DNA of 63,985 nucleotides, filler included, from Candidatus Hydrogenedentota bacterium (lineage in GTDB: Bacteria; JBFMHD01): assembly GCA_040752395.1 (NCBI GenBank). It is 6 parts of 6 records of this genome, joined end to end, with 100 filler letters (N's around TTAATTAATTAA, not from the genome) between each part and the next. Parts side by side here need not be neighbours in the genome. Positions count along the whole stretch, not along the records: positions 1 to 10,894 come from JBFMHD010000084.1; positions 10,995 to 21,739 come from JBFMHD010000085.1; positions 21,840 to 32,534 come from JBFMHD010000086.1; 3 more parts are not named here. One strand, written 5' to 3'. Position numbers and translations under genes: made by a program. Shown in pieces: positions 9,470 through 22,007 of the stretch (the first letter of the stretch is position 1; every line of letters starts with the position of its first letter). The notes beneath the pieces were generated by a model. The model made no database searches. It saw only the letters and a list, made by a program, of their open reading frames with translations, and was not told the DNA's origin.

Positions 9470-9862
9470 TTACAAGCCATCGTCTACACGCTGTTTCCCT
9501 GCTGGCTTGAATTTATTTATTATAAACTTAAACAATGGGGTAAATTTTTTCTTTAGGATTATTAGCCACCTATACTCTTCACAATAGAATGTTTCTTCAT
9601 CCTGCATAACAATTACTTTAGCACCGATCTTAGTTAAATTTTTAGAACCGCGACAAAGAAGTTTCAAGTTATCAGATAAACCAACCATAACAAGATATAA
9701 AGGTGCTGGAAACCCCTCTGGCGGCATCTCTACAACAGTATAACTTAAAATATTGCCGATACCATCAACATTATCTTGGGCTGTGGGTTTGCCACAATCA
9801 ATACATTTATTCACATCAGGCATATCAATCTTACCACATTCGCATTTTGAAACCTTGAGCAT
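9470..9862 (-). CDS. Zn-ribbon/OB-fold (DUF35-type) protein
   Basis: KCECGK...P...CIDCG, G.ILSYTVV..PPEGF..P...V.V.L. Confidence 0.75.
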   Translation of the reverse strand: MLKVSKCECGKIDMPDVNKCIDCGKPTAQDNVDGIGNILSYTVVEMPPEGFPAPLYLVMVGLSDNLKLLCRGSKNLTKIGAKVIVMQDEETFYCEEYRWLIILKKKFTPLFKFIINKFKPAGKQRVDDGL

Positions 9863-9867
9863 CGTGG

Positions 9868-10040
9868 CTCCTCTGAAAAACGCTGTAACTCTAATAATTC
9901 GGGGTACAGGCTACGGGCTACGGACTACAGCCGGCTGGAGACAAAAGCCCGGAGCCTGAAGCCAACATATCATCTTTAGTTTTTCATACCTTGTGTAGAG
10001 CGCAAAAACGCAATAACCCAATAACCCAATAACCCAATAG
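9868..10040 (-). repeat. 31-bp site copy 8 (9868-9898, SD of the DUF35 gene) plus GGCTACA and AATAACCC modules
   Basis: ATTATTAGAGTTACAGCGTTTTTCAGAGGAG, identical to copy 5. Confidence 0.92.
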
Positions 10041-10142
10041 TTGAGTACTCCTCTCATAATAGGGTCGGACCTTTAGTTATGAAAATGGGGACGGTTATGA
10101 TTTTTACCCTGCAACAAATTAATCGAATCAAATCCTGACTCA

Positions 10143-10709
10143 TCAAAACCCTATCTTTTTAACTGGTTTGTTATCTGGCTCTATCAATTCTTTTAAAGCC
10201 TGAAAAATAATCTCTATTTTCTCATCATGCCCCTTAACCTGTCTCTCCAGTTCCTTAATACTTTCAAAAAGCGCTTTATAAGATGACAGCATCTCTCTCA
10301 TCTTTATAAATGCTCTTACAACAAAAATACTCATCTCAATCGCTCTGGGAGAATTAAGTACTGAAGCAAGCATAACTGCACCGTGTTCTGTAAAAACATA
10401 GGGCATAGAACCGCCAAAATATTTCCTTGATGGTATCGCAAATTGCGATACCACTAATTCCAGTTCCTGATTATTAAGTCTAAACATAAAATCATTTGGA
10501 AATCTCTTTATGTTGCGTTTCACCTGTTCACGCAAACGGATCGGCTTTACTCCATAAATAAACGCAAGATCTTTATCCAGTATTACTTTTTGATTGCGAA
10601 TCGTAAAAATTCTATTCACAATTCTTTCGATGGTGAAAACAGGGACGGTTCTGGTTTTTACGTTATTCAGTTTTCCCCTTCGGTGTCTAAAGCGAAACCT
10701 GTTAAACAA
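10143..10709 (-). CDS. ORF6N domain DNA-binding protein
   Basis: IFTIRNQKVILDKDLA.IYGV....L.EQVKRNI.RFP.DFMF.L, PYVFTEHGAVMLASVLNS, C-terminal KKIGF; start uncertain. Confidence 0.88.
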   Translation of the reverse strand: MFNRFRFRHRRGKLNNVKTRTVPVFTIERIVNRIFTIRNQKVILDKDLAFIYGVKPIRLREQVKRNIKRFPNDFMFRLNNQELELVVSQFAIPSRKYFGGSMPYVFTEHGAVMLASVLNSPRAIEMSIFVVRAFIKMREMLSSYKALFESIKELERQVKGHDEKIEIIFQALKELIEPDNKPVKKIGF

Positions 10710-10766
10710 TCAAAAACTCCTTGCCTGTAAAATTAATCAATCGTTTACTTCGATTTATATATATCA

Positions 10767-10894
10767 CTCCTCTAAAAAACATTGTAACTATAATGATATC
10801 AAGTAGAAGCAAGAAGCAAGATAACGGAAGAAGTGAGAGGTATCAGGACAGGCTACAGGCTACGGACTACAGCCGGCTGGAGCCCGAAGCCCGG
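10767..10894 (-). repeat. 31-bp site copy 9 (10767-10797) plus modules, truncated by contig end
   Basis: ATCATTATAGTTACAATGTTTTTTAGAGGAG; following modules match 9239-9330. Confidence 0.9.
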
Positions 10895-10994
10895 NNNNNN
10901 NNNNNNNNNNNNNNNNNNNNNNNNNNNNNNNNNNNNNNTTAATTAATTAANNNNNNNNNNNNNNNNNNNNNNNNNNNNNNNNNNNNNNNNNNNN
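10895..10994. other. Artificial contig spacer (N44-TTAATTAATTAA-N44)
   Basis: All-frame stop linker; identical spacers at 21740, 32535, 43315 and 54058. Confidence 0.98.
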
Positions 10995-11067
10995 ATAACC
11001 TCCGTTAATTATAAATTATATATAATATTCATAATAATATATATAATTTATAATTAACGGAGGTTAT
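10995..11067. repeat. Perfect 30-bp inverted repeat with 13-nt loop upstream of dnaN
   Basis: ATAACCTCCGTTAATTATAAATTATATATA (10995-11024) is the exact reverse complement of 11038-11067. Confidence 0.9.
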
Positions 11068-11072
11068 AAGAG

Positions 11073-12173
11073 ATGAGGTTTAAAGTTCATAAGAATGTTT
11101 TATTAGAAAATGTTCAAATTACAAGTGGTGTTATCCCTGTAAGACATACAGTATATTTAGTTTCATTTATGTTAATTGAAGCTGATTCGAGTTTGGGAAA
11201 AATCACTTTATCAGGTACTGATTTAGAAACGAGCATTACTAATTCTTTCCAATGCGAGGTAACCGAGTCGGGTTCGCTAACTGTTCCGGGTAAGAAATTT
11301 AACGAACTTTTAAGAGAGTTACCTGATGAAAGTATAGAAATTTATACAGAAGAAAATAATATGATAATAAAATGTAAAAAGGATCATATTATACTTAAGG
11401 GTCAGCCACGGGATGATTTCCCCGTATTACCCAAGGTAAAAAAGGACAATGTAATTATGCTGGATCAAAATGTTTTTAGAGATTTAATAAGGAAGATAAA
11501 TTATGCTGCACCGATAGATGACAGCAGACAATGTTTGAATGGCGGTTATTTACATATAGTTGGTAAAGAACTGAAATTTGTGGCAACTGATGGTCATCGG
11601 CTTGCATTAGCAAAAACAGAGATAGAAATAGGTATTAAAGATGAAACAGGTATAATTATACCTGTAAAAACTCTAAGTGAATTATTAAGAATTATAAAGG
11701 GTGAAGCTGAAGTGGTGATATCGTTTTCGAGTAATCAAATCTCTTTTGAGATGGATAGCATAATATTAATAAGCAGATTAATAGAAGAAAAATATCCAAA
11801 CTACGCTCAAGTGATACCTCAGAAACAGGACCATATAGCAGTGGTTGATAGAGCTGAGCTTTTAGCTGAAACAAGAAGGATTGCGCTTCTTGTTTCAGAA
11901 AGAGGCTATTCAGTAAAGTATAAATTCGAGAATAGAATGTTATTTTTATATTCTACTTCCCCTGATATTGGTGAGGGAACCGCTGAACTGGCTATAGAAT
12001 ATGAGGGTGAAGAAGTTCAAATAGTTTTAAATGCTTTATATATGCTTGATGTAGTGAAGAATATTGAAACGGAATCAATAGAAATTCATTTTTCGAATAA
12101 ATTATCTCCTGTTGTTATAAAGCCTGTTGGAAAAGATGATTATCTTTGTCTTATTATGCCGATGCGTCAATAA
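11073..12173 (+). CDS. dnaN: DNA polymerase III beta clamp
   Basis: GTDLE, VATDGHRLA, SRLIEEKYPNY, C-terminal LIMPMR. Confidence 0.97.
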   Translation: MRFKVHKNVLLENVQITSGVIPVRHTVYLVSFMLIEADSSLGKITLSGTDLETSITNSFQCEVTESGSLTVPGKKFNELLRELPDESIEIYTEENNMIIKCKKDHIILKGQPRDDFPVLPKVKKDNVIMLDQNVFRDLIRKINYAAPIDDSRQCLNGGYLHIVGKELKFVATDGHRLALAKTEIEIGIKDETGIIIPVKTLSELLRIIKGEAEVVISFSSNQISFEMDSIILISRLIEEKYPNYAQVIPQKQDHIAVVDRAELLAETRRIALLVSERGYSVKYKFENRMLFLYSTSPDIGEGTAELAIEYEGEEVQIVLNALYMLDVVKNIETESIEIHFSNKLSPVVIKPVGKDDYLCLIMPMRQ

Positions 12174-12321
12174 TACTTTCTTTGTTATCTTGCTTTTACT
12201 TCCACACCAATTGTTCATTAAACATATTTCATTAGTCTTCGGTGGAGTTTCTTTATCCTGGTTTTTGCCTTTTGCTTCTTGTTTCTTTTGTTATCTTATA
12301 ACTAAGTGGTTACGAGGTTAA

Positions 12322-14235
<1,914 letters not shown>

Positions 14236-14325
14236 AGATTCAGACTTCTTACTTCTTACTTTTTTCGTTATCTTGCTTCTTGCTTCTACTTGATATTATT
14301 ATAATTACAATGTTTTTCGAAGAAG
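14236..14325 (+). repeat. CTTCTTA/TCTTGCT modules plus 31-bp site copy 10 (14295-14325) at the gyrA start
   Basis: ATTATTATAATTACAATGTTTTTCGAAGAAG, 4 nt before the ATG. Confidence 0.88.
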
Positions 14326-14329
14326 TTTT

Positions 14330-16777
14330 ATGGCAATAGAGAAAGAAAACTTACTACCAACAGCTGTTGAATATGAGATGAAGACAAGTTATCTTGATTA
14401 TGCGATGAGTGTAATCATTGGTAGAGCGCTACCCGATGTTCGGGATGGCTTGAAACCTGTTCATAGAAGAATTATCTTTGCAATGAATGAACTTAACAAT
14501 ACCCCTGATAAGCCATTTAAAAAGAGTGCGCGGATAGTTGGAGAAGTTATAGGTAAATATCATCCCCATGGTGATGCTGCTGTGTATGATACTATTGTTC
14601 GAATGGTTCAGGATTTTTCGCTAAGGTATCCACTTATTGAAGGTCAGGGTAATTTTGGGTCTGTCGATGGGGACCCAGCAGCTGCTATGAGATACACTGA
14701 GATACGGCTCTCTCCTATCTCACTTACAATGATAGAAGACATAGCTAAAGAAACAGTTGATTTTGTACCAAATTATGATGGTACACTGGAAGAGCCATTG
14801 ATTTTGCCTACAAGACTGCCTAATTTAATTATAAACGGTTCAAGTGGCATCGCTGTTGGTATGGCTACGAATATACCACCACATAACCTAAAAGAAATAG
14901 CACAGGCTATAAAATCTCTAATAGATGACGCTGAAATCGAGATGGAAGAATTAATAAAGATTGTTCCTGCACCAGATTTCCCAACTGGTGGTGTAATATT
15001 TGGCCGATCAGGTATAATTGAGGCATTTACTACAGGAAAAGGTAGACTCATACTGGGTGCTGTTGCTTCGATTGAAGAGATGAAAGGAAATCGCGAAGCT
15101 ATAATTGTTACAGAACTGCCATATCAGGTGAATAAAGCTAATCTACTTGAGAGCATAGCACAACTTGTTAACGAGAAAAAATTAGAAGGCATAGCTGACA
15201 TACGGGATGAATCTGACAGAGATGGGATGCGGATTGTTATAGAGCTTAAAAAAGATACTAATCCCAAAATAATATTGAATAAACTCTTTAAACATACGCA
15301 GATGAGGATAACTTTTGGTGTTATAATGCTTGCTCTTGTTAGCGGCCAGCCAAAAATCTTAAATCTTAAAGAGATGCTTTTGGAATTCATAAGGTTCAGA
15401 AAAGAGACTATTATCAAGAGAACCAGGTTTGAGTTGAAACAGGCTGAAGAAAAAGCACATATCCTTGAGGGATTTAAAAAAGCTATAGATATACTTGATG
15501 ATGTTATAACAACCATACGAAAGTCTAAAGACCGCGAAGATGCGCATAATAGATTGGTTTCTAAGTTCAGCTTTACTGATGCACAGGCCAAGGCTATTCT
15601 TGATTTAAGATTGCATAGATTAACCTCGCTTGAGATACAGAAAATTATAGAAGAACTCAAAGAAACGTTAAAACTTATAGCACGATTGAAGTTTATACTT
15701 GAGAACGAGCGAGAGATTTATAATTTAATTAAACAGGAGATGGATTTACTTGTTTCTGAGTTTGGTGATGATAGACGGACTAAAATAGTTGAGGAACTTA
15801 AAGATTACAGACCTGAGGATTTAATCCAGCAGGAAGAGGTTATAATTACTATAACTCATTCAGGTTATATTAAAAGGATGCCTCTTAGTACCTACAAAAC
15901 TCAGCAGAGGGGTGGTAAAGGTATCACGGGTATCTCAACTGATGAAAAAGATTTTGTAGAGCATCTATTTGTTGCAAATACGCATCAGTATATCTTATTT
16001 TTTACTAATAAAGGCAAGTGTTACTGGCTAAAAGTTTACGATATACCAGAAGGTTCTCGCATATCAAAGGGCAAAGCTATAATTAATTGTATTGATATCC
16101 AGCAGGATGAAAATATCACAGCTATGATACCAGTGAAAGAGTTTGATGATAAACATTATCTTTTTATGGTTACAGAAAAAGGGGTGGTAAAAAAGACAGT
16201 TCTCTCTGCTTATGGCAACCCGAGGAAAGATGGTATCATTGCTATTTCTTTGAATGAAAAAGACAGTCTTGTTGAGGTGAAACTGACTGATGGAAGTAAT
16301 GATATGATTATAGGTACTGCTGATGGGATGGCTCTAAGATTTTATGAAGAAAAAGTAAGAGCTATGGGAAGAAGCGCAATCGGTGTAAGAGGAATAAATT
16401 TACAAAAAAATGATTATGTTATTGGTGCTGTTGCTGTAAAACACAATATGAATATTGATATACTGGTAGTTTCTGAAAAAGGATATGCTAAACGAACTCA
16501 GCTCGCTTTATATAGAATTACAGGTAGAGGTGGCAAAGGAATTATAACAATGAAGACAACGGATAAAGTAGGTAAACTTGTTTCAATACGAAGTGTCTGT
16601 GAAGATGAAGATTTAATGGTAATAACAACAAGGGGGATGGTTATAAAACTTGCTATAAAATCAATTAATATTCAAGGCCGAAATACCCAGGGAGTAAGAA
16701 TTATAAAGATAGGAGAGGATGATCTCGTTGCAGCTGTTGCACCGGTACAAGTAAAAGAAGGAGATAATCAGTTATGA
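14330..16777 (+). CDS. gyrA: DNA gyrase subunit A
   Basis: [39 protein letters not shown], GyrA box QQRGGKG. Confidence 0.98.
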   Translation: MAIEKENLLPTAVEYEMKTSYLDYAMSVIIGRALPDVRDGLKPVHRRIIFAMNELNNTPDKPFKKSARIVGEVIGKYHPHGDAAVYDTIVRMVQDFSLRYPLIEGQGNFGSVDGDPAAAMRYTEIRLSPISLTMIEDIAKETVDFVPNYDGTLEEPLILPTRLPNLIINGSSGIAVGMATNIPPHNLKEIAQAIKSLIDDAEIEMEELIKIVPAPDFPTGGVIFGRSGIIEAFTTGKGRLILGAVASIEEMKGNREAIIVTELPYQVNKANLLESIAQLVNEKKLEGIADIRDESDRDGMRIVIELKKDTNPKIILNKLFKHTQMRITFGVIMLALVSGQPKILNLKEMLLEFIRFRKETIIKRTRFELKQAEEKAHILEGFKKAIDILDDVITTIRKSKDREDAHNRLVSKFSFTDAQAKAILDLRLHRLTSLEIQKIIEELKETLKLIARLKFILENEREIYNLIKQEMDLLVSEFGDDRRTKIVEELKDYRPEDLIQQEEVIITITHSGYIKRMPLSTYKTQQRGGKGITGISTDEKDFVEHLFVANTHQYILFFTNKGKCYWLKVYDIPEGSRISKGKAIINCIDIQQDENITAMIPVKEFDDKHYLFMVTEKGVVKKTVLSAYGNPRKDGIIAISLNEKDSLVEVKLTDGSNDMIIGTADGMALRFYEEKVRAMGRSAIGVRGINLQKNDYVIGAVAVKHNMNIDILVVSEKGYAKRTQLALYRITGRGGKGIITMKTTDKVGKLVSIRSVCEDEDLMVITTRGMVIKLAIKSINIQGRNTQGVRIIKIGEDDLVAAVAPVQVKEGDNQL

Positions 16778-18081
16778 AAAAAATTTTTATACTTGATACA
16801 AACGTGCTCTTACACGACGCAGGCTCTATCTTTAATTTTACTGATAACGATGTGGTACTGCCTGTGGTGGTGCTTGAAGAACTGGATAATTTTAAAAAAA
16901 ATCAGGATGAGACGGGTAGAAACTCACGAATGGTTGTACGAGAACTTGATAAACTACGTAATAAAGGACATATAAATGACTGGGTTACAATAAAAGAGAA
17001 CGGAAGATTAAAAGTAGATGTAACCGATTATTCAAAAGAGATTGGCATTGAGGGATTCGGTAAAAAGGCTGATAATTTGATATTAGGATGTGTCAGGCAT
17101 TATACAAAAACTGAAAGTAGACCTGTTATATTTATCTCAAATGACATTAATCTGCGGGTCAAAGCAGATGCTTTAGGACTTTTAGCAGAAGGCTTTGAAA
17201 GCTCACATATACAACTTGAAGAACTTTATAAGGGACTTAAGGTCTTGAAAGTTGATAATAGTGTTATTGATAAATTAGACTCAAAGAAAGAGATTGATTA
17301 TACCGATGAATTTGGCGAAATCTTTAATAATCAGTTTATCATGTTTCAAACCGAAAAAGGGGTATCAACACTCTCAAGATATGTAAAAGATACAAATAAA
17401 ATAAAAATAGTTCCTGAGTTAAAGAACATTATCTGGGGTATAAAACCAAGAAATATTGAGCAGAGATGTGCATTTGATTTACTGCTTGATAATTCTTTAG
17501 AACTCGTTTCACTCTGTGGTAGGGCAGGAACAGGTAAGACTTTGCTTGCACTTGCTTGTGGGCTTGAGGCAGTAGTTCAGAGAGGAAATTATGATAAATT
17601 ACTTATCTGCAGACCAGTGGTTCCGGTTGGCAAAGACATAGGGTATTTACCCGGCGATATAGAGGAAAAATTGATGCCGAGAATGCAACCTATCTCTGAT
17701 AATCTTGAATTTTTATTTGCCCAGAGAAAAAACAGAGGTCCTGTTGAAGACCTTGAATATTTTTTAAATGAGGGTATTATTCAGCTTGAACCACTTACTT
17801 ATATAAGAGGAAGAAGCATACCAAATCAGTATATGATAGTGGATGAAGCACAGAATTTAACCCCATTAGAATTAAAGACAATAATAACAAGGGCAGGTGT
17901 TGGTACCAAGGTTGTTCTAACAGGTGACCCATTTCAGATAGACCACCCATATCTTGATTCTTTATCAAATGGTTTGTCGTATGTGGTCGAAAAATTCTTA
18001 TCACAATCAATTTTTGGCCACATAATGCTTGAAAAAGGTGAACGTTCCAGACTTGCAGAACTTGCTGCTGCGTTAATGTAA
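16774..18081 (+). CDS. PhoH2-type protein (PIN domain plus PhoH ATPase)
   Basis: [13 protein letters not shown] motif, GRAGTGKT Walker A, GYLPGD, YIRGRS, DEAQN. Confidence 0.92.
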   Translation: MKKIFILDTNVLLHDAGSIFNFTDNDVVLPVVVLEELDNFKKNQDETGRNSRMVVRELDKLRNKGHINDWVTIKENGRLKVDVTDYSKEIGIEGFGKKADNLILGCVRHYTKTESRPVIFISNDINLRVKADALGLLAEGFESSHIQLEELYKGLKVLKVDNSVIDKLDSKKEIDYTDEFGEIFNNQFIMFQTEKGVSTLSRYVKDTNKIKIVPELKNIIWGIKPRNIEQRCAFDLLLDNSLELVSLCGRAGTGKTLLALACGLEAVVQRGNYDKLLICRPVVPVGKDIGYLPGDIEEKLMPRMQPISDNLEFLFAQRKNRGPVEDLEYFLNEGIIQLEPLTYIRGRSIPNQYMIVDEAQNLTPLELKTIITRAGVGTKVVLTGDPFQIDHPYLDSLSNGLSYVVEKFLSQSIFGHIMLEKGERSRLAELAAALM

Positions 18082-18085
18082 AGGT

Positions 18086-18883
18086 TTGATGGAAGATATT
18101 TTATTACGCGATGCACATTATGTCGTAGTTGATATAGAAACCACGGGATACAGACCGGCAAACGATGAAATTCTTGAGATCGCTGCAGTGCACTGGCATA
18201 AGGGCCAGGAATTAGAACATTTCCAATCTTTAATAAAACCAGAAAATAAAATACCAGAAGATTCAATCTCGATACACAATATTACAGATGAGATGGTTAA
18301 AGACGCTCCTGGTTTAGAAGACGTTCTTATACGATTCCTTCAGTTTATAAAAAATAAAATACTTGTGTTCCATAATGCCCAGTTTGATAAAAAGTTTATA
18401 AACTATAATTTACAGAGACTCGGGATGAGTTTGCTTGATGATAATGTAGTGGATACACTCAAAATCTCAAGAAGATTATATCCGCGTATCTCACACGCAT
18501 TAACTGATTTAAGCGAGCGATTAAGACTTGATCATGCAAATAAACACAGGGCATATGCTGATGCTTATTGCACAGCACAATTACTTGATATTTTAATTAA
18601 TGACCTTGAGAGAGAGGAATATTATTTTGTATCTGAGGTGATAAAATTTAAAAAGAAAAAGAAAGACCTATTAGAGATCTTTTTACCACAAATAGAGGAG
18701 GCTATAAAGAAGAATAGTTTTATTGAGATAGAGTACCGACTGCTTAAAATTATAGTAGTTAGAAGGATTATAAAACCGCTTGAGATTATATTTGAGGATA
18801 AAGAGAAAATCTTAAAATATATTTATAAAGGAAAGGTAAAATCTCTGAACCTGAATAAATTAGTTTTTATCTGCCAAATTTAG
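18086..18883 (+). CDS. DEDDh 3'-5' exonuclease (DnaQ/PolC-like) with possible WYL-like tail
   Basis: VVDIETTG, FHNAQFD, HRAYADA. Confidence 0.85.
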   Translation: MMEDILLRDAHYVVVDIETTGYRPANDEILEIAAVHWHKGQELEHFQSLIKPENKIPEDSISIHNITDEMVKDAPGLEDVLIRFLQFIKNKILVFHNAQFDKKFINYNLQRLGMSLLDDNVVDTLKISRRLYPRISHALTDLSERLRLDHANKHRAYADAYCTAQLLDILINDLEREEYYFVSEVIKFKKKKKDLLEIFLPQIEEAIKKNSFIEIEYRLLKIIVVRRIIKPLEIIFEDKEKILKYIYKGKVKSLNLNKLVFICQI

Positions 18884-21427
18884 ATGAAAAAAATTAGTAA
18901 TCAATTACACAGGGTTTTTGACCATCCAGTAAGATATTTAGTGTTCACTGTTGTTGTCTACTGCCTCGTAGGTTTCCTCATATATTCAAATACTTTGCAT
19001 AGCCCATTCGTATTTGATGACAAACATTTTATCTGCGAGAATTATACAATTAAAAACATAGGGAATATTAGCGAGATATGGGATTGCTGGGCTACGAGAT
19101 TTGTAACATTTGTAACATTTATGATCAATTACTATTTTCATAAACTAAATGTGTTTGGTTATCATATGGTGAACATATTAATTCATATTGGTTCAGCGAT
19201 AATGGTTTACTGGTTTGTCTGGCTTACTTTTTCTACACCTGCAATAAAAAAATCTCAATGGGTAATAAATAAAGCAAGAATATCATTTATGTGTGGTTTA
19301 CTATTTTTGGTTCATCCTATACAAACCGAAGCAGTAACATATATATTTCAACGTTCAACTTCGCTTGCAACACTTTTTTATTTATTGGCGCTTAACTTGT
19401 ATAATCGAGCAAGACAGATAAGCATTGAGAACCATGCCCTGGGCCAATGGCTGCATTATTACCTCTTGTCTATAATTGTAACCCTGACTGCAATGTATAC
19501 CAAAGAGATAACCGGAACAATTCCAATAATAATAGTATTATACGAATTCTATTTTTATCGTGAATCAGGAAAGATAAGATGGAAATATCTTCTTTTTTTC
19601 ATAGCACTTATACTCGTTATTCCGTTGACTTTAATGATGAAGAAGCCAGTTACTTTTATAGATATAGAACGATTAAGCGGCAAACCAGTCTCTTCGATAC
19701 ATTATTTGCTAACACAATTCAGGGTTATGATAACCTATTTTCGGCTATTATTATTACCAGTAAATCAGAATTTTGAATACGATTACCCGATAATAATAAG
19801 TATTTTTAACACAACATTTTTAATAAGTTTTATTTCAGTTATTACTATTGTTATCACTGGGGTTTTACTGTATCACAAAAACCGTATTATTTCGTTTTGC
19901 ATTTTGTGGTTTTTTATCGTGTTGTTGCCCGAATCGAGTATTATACCTTTGCGTGACGTGATTTTCGAGCACAGACTATATTTGCCTATGGTGGGTTATT
20001 CATTACTTTTGCTTACCGTGGCCACGGTAATTATAAAAAAGGTATGGATAATACGTGTATTTATATTACTATTGATTATTGGCTATGCAACTGCTACGTA
20101 TAATAGAAATATTGTCTGGGAGGATGAGGTAAGACTATGGGATGATGTTGTAGCCAAATCGCCAAAAAAAGCAAGTGTTTATTATGGTCGCGGGAATATG
20201 TACCTTTCAAAAAAGAAATATGAAGAAAGTTTAGAGGATTATAATCATTCCCTATCTTTAGATAGTGGCTGTGTTACAATTTATATAAATCGTAGCATAC
20301 TTTATAAAACCATTAAGAAAACCAGAGAGGCTTTATCTGATATTAATAGAGGTCTCGCGTTATATCCCTATTTAGGATTAGCTTATAATATAAGAGGAAA
20401 TATTTATAGTGAGATGGAAGAATATGATAAAGCATTAGCTGATTATAATATAGCTTTAAACTTAATACCATTTTATAAACCGAGAATTTATTTAAATAGA
20501 GGATTACTATATTACAAGTTAAAAAGATATGAAGAGGCATTAGCTGATTTGAATCTTGCATGTAAATTTGATCCATCACATCCTGAAATATATAATGGTT
20601 ATGGTTTGGTTTATATGGGAATGAAGGAATATGATAAAGCTTTAACAAATTTCAATAGTGCATTAGAGAATGACCCAAATTTCAAAGAAGCATATTTCAA
20701 CCGCGGTTATCTTTACCAAACTCAAAAAAAGACTGAAAAGGCAATTGCTGATTTTAATAAAGTATTGTCCATTGATTCTGGTTTAATTGAGGCCTATTAT
20801 AATCGTGGTAAAGTTTATAGTTTAATCGGTGAATACGACAAGGCGATAGCAGATTTTAATAAGATTATAAATTTGTACATAGATACAGTAAGTATATATA
20901 ATGAAATTGGCAACAATTATTATTATAAAAAAGAATACAACCAGGCAGTTGTTTACTTTAGTAAAATATTGAGTATTAATCCTGATAGTTTTGAGGCTTA
21001 TAATAATCGAGGGCTAGCATATTATAATATGAAAAAATATGATAATGCAATATCAGATTTCACACAATCGATTAAGAATAACCCTCAATTTGCAGAAAGC
21101 TACAATAATCGTGGGAACGCGTATTACGTAACAAAAAATTATGCCAGGGCGCTCGCTGATTTTAATCAAGCCATAGAATTAGATTCGACACTTGCTAAAG
21201 CGTATAACAATCGTGGGATTATTTATTGCATAGGCAAAGCATATGATAATGCGCTTTCTGATTTTAATATGGCTATAAAACTGGATCCATTATTTTACAT
21301 GGCATATTATAATCGTGCCAATGTGTATCATATAAAAAATGAATACACAAAAGCACAGCAAGACCGGGAAACGGCCCAACAGCTATTTTTAAGAGGAGGA
21401 GAAAATTTAGATGAAAGGACTAATTAA
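18884..21427 (+). CDS. TMTC-like multi-TM protein with long C-terminal TPR array
   Basis: PFVFDD, GYHMVNILIH, HPIQTEAVTYI.QR, KE, EHRLYLP, RN.VW....LW.D; more than 10 AY.NRG TPR repeats. Confidence 0.85.
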   Translation: MKKISNQLHRVFDHPVRYLVFTVVVYCLVGFLIYSNTLHSPFVFDDKHFICENYTIKNIGNISEIWDCWATRFVTFVTFMINYYFHKLNVFGYHMVNILIHIGSAIMVYWFVWLTFSTPAIKKSQWVINKARISFMCGLLFLVHPIQTEAVTYIFQRSTSLATLFYLLALNLYNRARQISIENHALGQWLHYYLLSIIVTLTAMYTKEITGTIPIIIVLYEFYFYRESGKIRWKYLLFFIALILVIPLTLMMKKPVTFIDIERLSGKPVSSIHYLLTQFRVMITYFRLLLLPVNQNFEYDYPIIISIFNTTFLISFISVITIVITGVLLYHKNRIISFCILWFFIVLLPESSIIPLRDVIFEHRLYLPMVGYSLLLLTVATVIIKKVWIIRVFILLLIIGYATATYNRNIVWEDEVRLWDDVVAKSPKKASVYYGRGNMYLSKKKYEESLEDYNHSLSLDSGCVTIYINRSILYKTIKKTREALSDINRGLALYPYLGLAYNIRGNIYSEMEEYDKALADYNIALNLIPFYKPRIYLNRGLLYYKLKRYEEALADLNLACKFDPSHPEIYNGYGLVYMGMKEYDKALTNFNSALENDPNFKEAYFNRGYLYQTQKKTEKAIADFNKVLSIDSGLIEAYYNRGKVYSLIGEYDKAIADFNKIINLYIDTVSIYNEIGNNYYYKKEYNQAVVYFSKILSINPDSFEAYNNRGLAYYNMKKYDNAISDFTQSIKNNPQFAESYNNRGNAYYVTKNYARALADFNQAIELDSTLAKAYNNRGIIYCIGKAYDNALSDFNMAIKLDPLFYMAYYNRANVYHIKNEYTKAQQDRETAQQLFLRGGENLDERTN

Positions 21428-21439
21428 ACGATACGCGAT

Positions 21440-21739
21440 ATGTTCAATTATTTTTATGTTGTTAATGATTACAGAAATAATCAGTTAAGTTATGCTGCAA
21501 GGTTTGGGAATGTATTATCAGTCGGTGCAACTAATGGATGGGATGAACGGATAAAGAAGCCGGATTATTTCTGGGGAAGCAATTATGGCGATGGTATAGA
21601 TGTAGTAGCGCCTGGAAGAACCCAGGCGGGTTATGTGGTAGAAATTTCACGTGATAAGAACTTTAGTTATTGTGACATAGCCTCTGATACTGTATGGACA
21701 TCCGAGGAGTTTTACCAGGTGACCGATGAACTAAGGTAC
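21440..21739 (+). pseudogene. Subtilase (S8) fragment joined to an Fn3-like piece, truncated by gap
   Basis: VLSVGATN...SNYG.GIDVVAPG, but no catalytic D/H regions upstream and no GTS motif after. Confidence 0.5.
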
Positions 21740-21839
21740 NNNNNNNNNNNNNNNNNNNNNNNNNNNNNNNNNNNNNNNNNNNNTTAATTAATTAANNNNN
21801 NNNNNNNNNNNNNNNNNNNNNNNNNNNNNNNNNNNNNNN
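21740..21839. other. Artificial contig spacer
   Basis: N/TTAATTAATTAA/N. Confidence 0.98.
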
Positions 21840-22001
21840 GTCCTGATACCTCTCACTTCTTCCGTTATCTTGCTTATTGCCTCTTGCTTCTTTCGTTATC
21901 TTTCTTTCCGTTATCTTGCTTCTTTCGTTATCTTTCTTTTCCGTTATCTTGCTTCTTGCTTCTACTTGATATTATTATAGTTACAAAGTTTTTCAGAGGA
22001 G
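21840..22001 (+). repeat. TCTTGCT-type modules plus 31-bp site copy 11 (21971-22001, purA SD)
   Basis: ATTATTATAGTTACAAAGTTTTTCAGAGGAG, 6 nt before the GTG. Confidence 0.92.
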
Positions 22002-22007
22002 GTCTTT

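Noticed and set aside
10143-10709. Prophage around the ORF6N gene
   Set aside because: No integrase, structural or replication genes nearby.
10995-11072. oriC call upstream of dnaN
   Set aside because: AT-rich, but no TTATCCACA-type DnaA boxes are visible and dnaA is beyond the contig edge.
3647-12321. Short ORFs 3647-3883, 3837-4187, 5868-6107, 6163-6351, 9135-9335, 9753-9959, 10721-10942 and 12127-12321
   Set aside because: Translations of repeat modules, the tRNA or antisense strands; their mutual similarity reflects DNA repeats.
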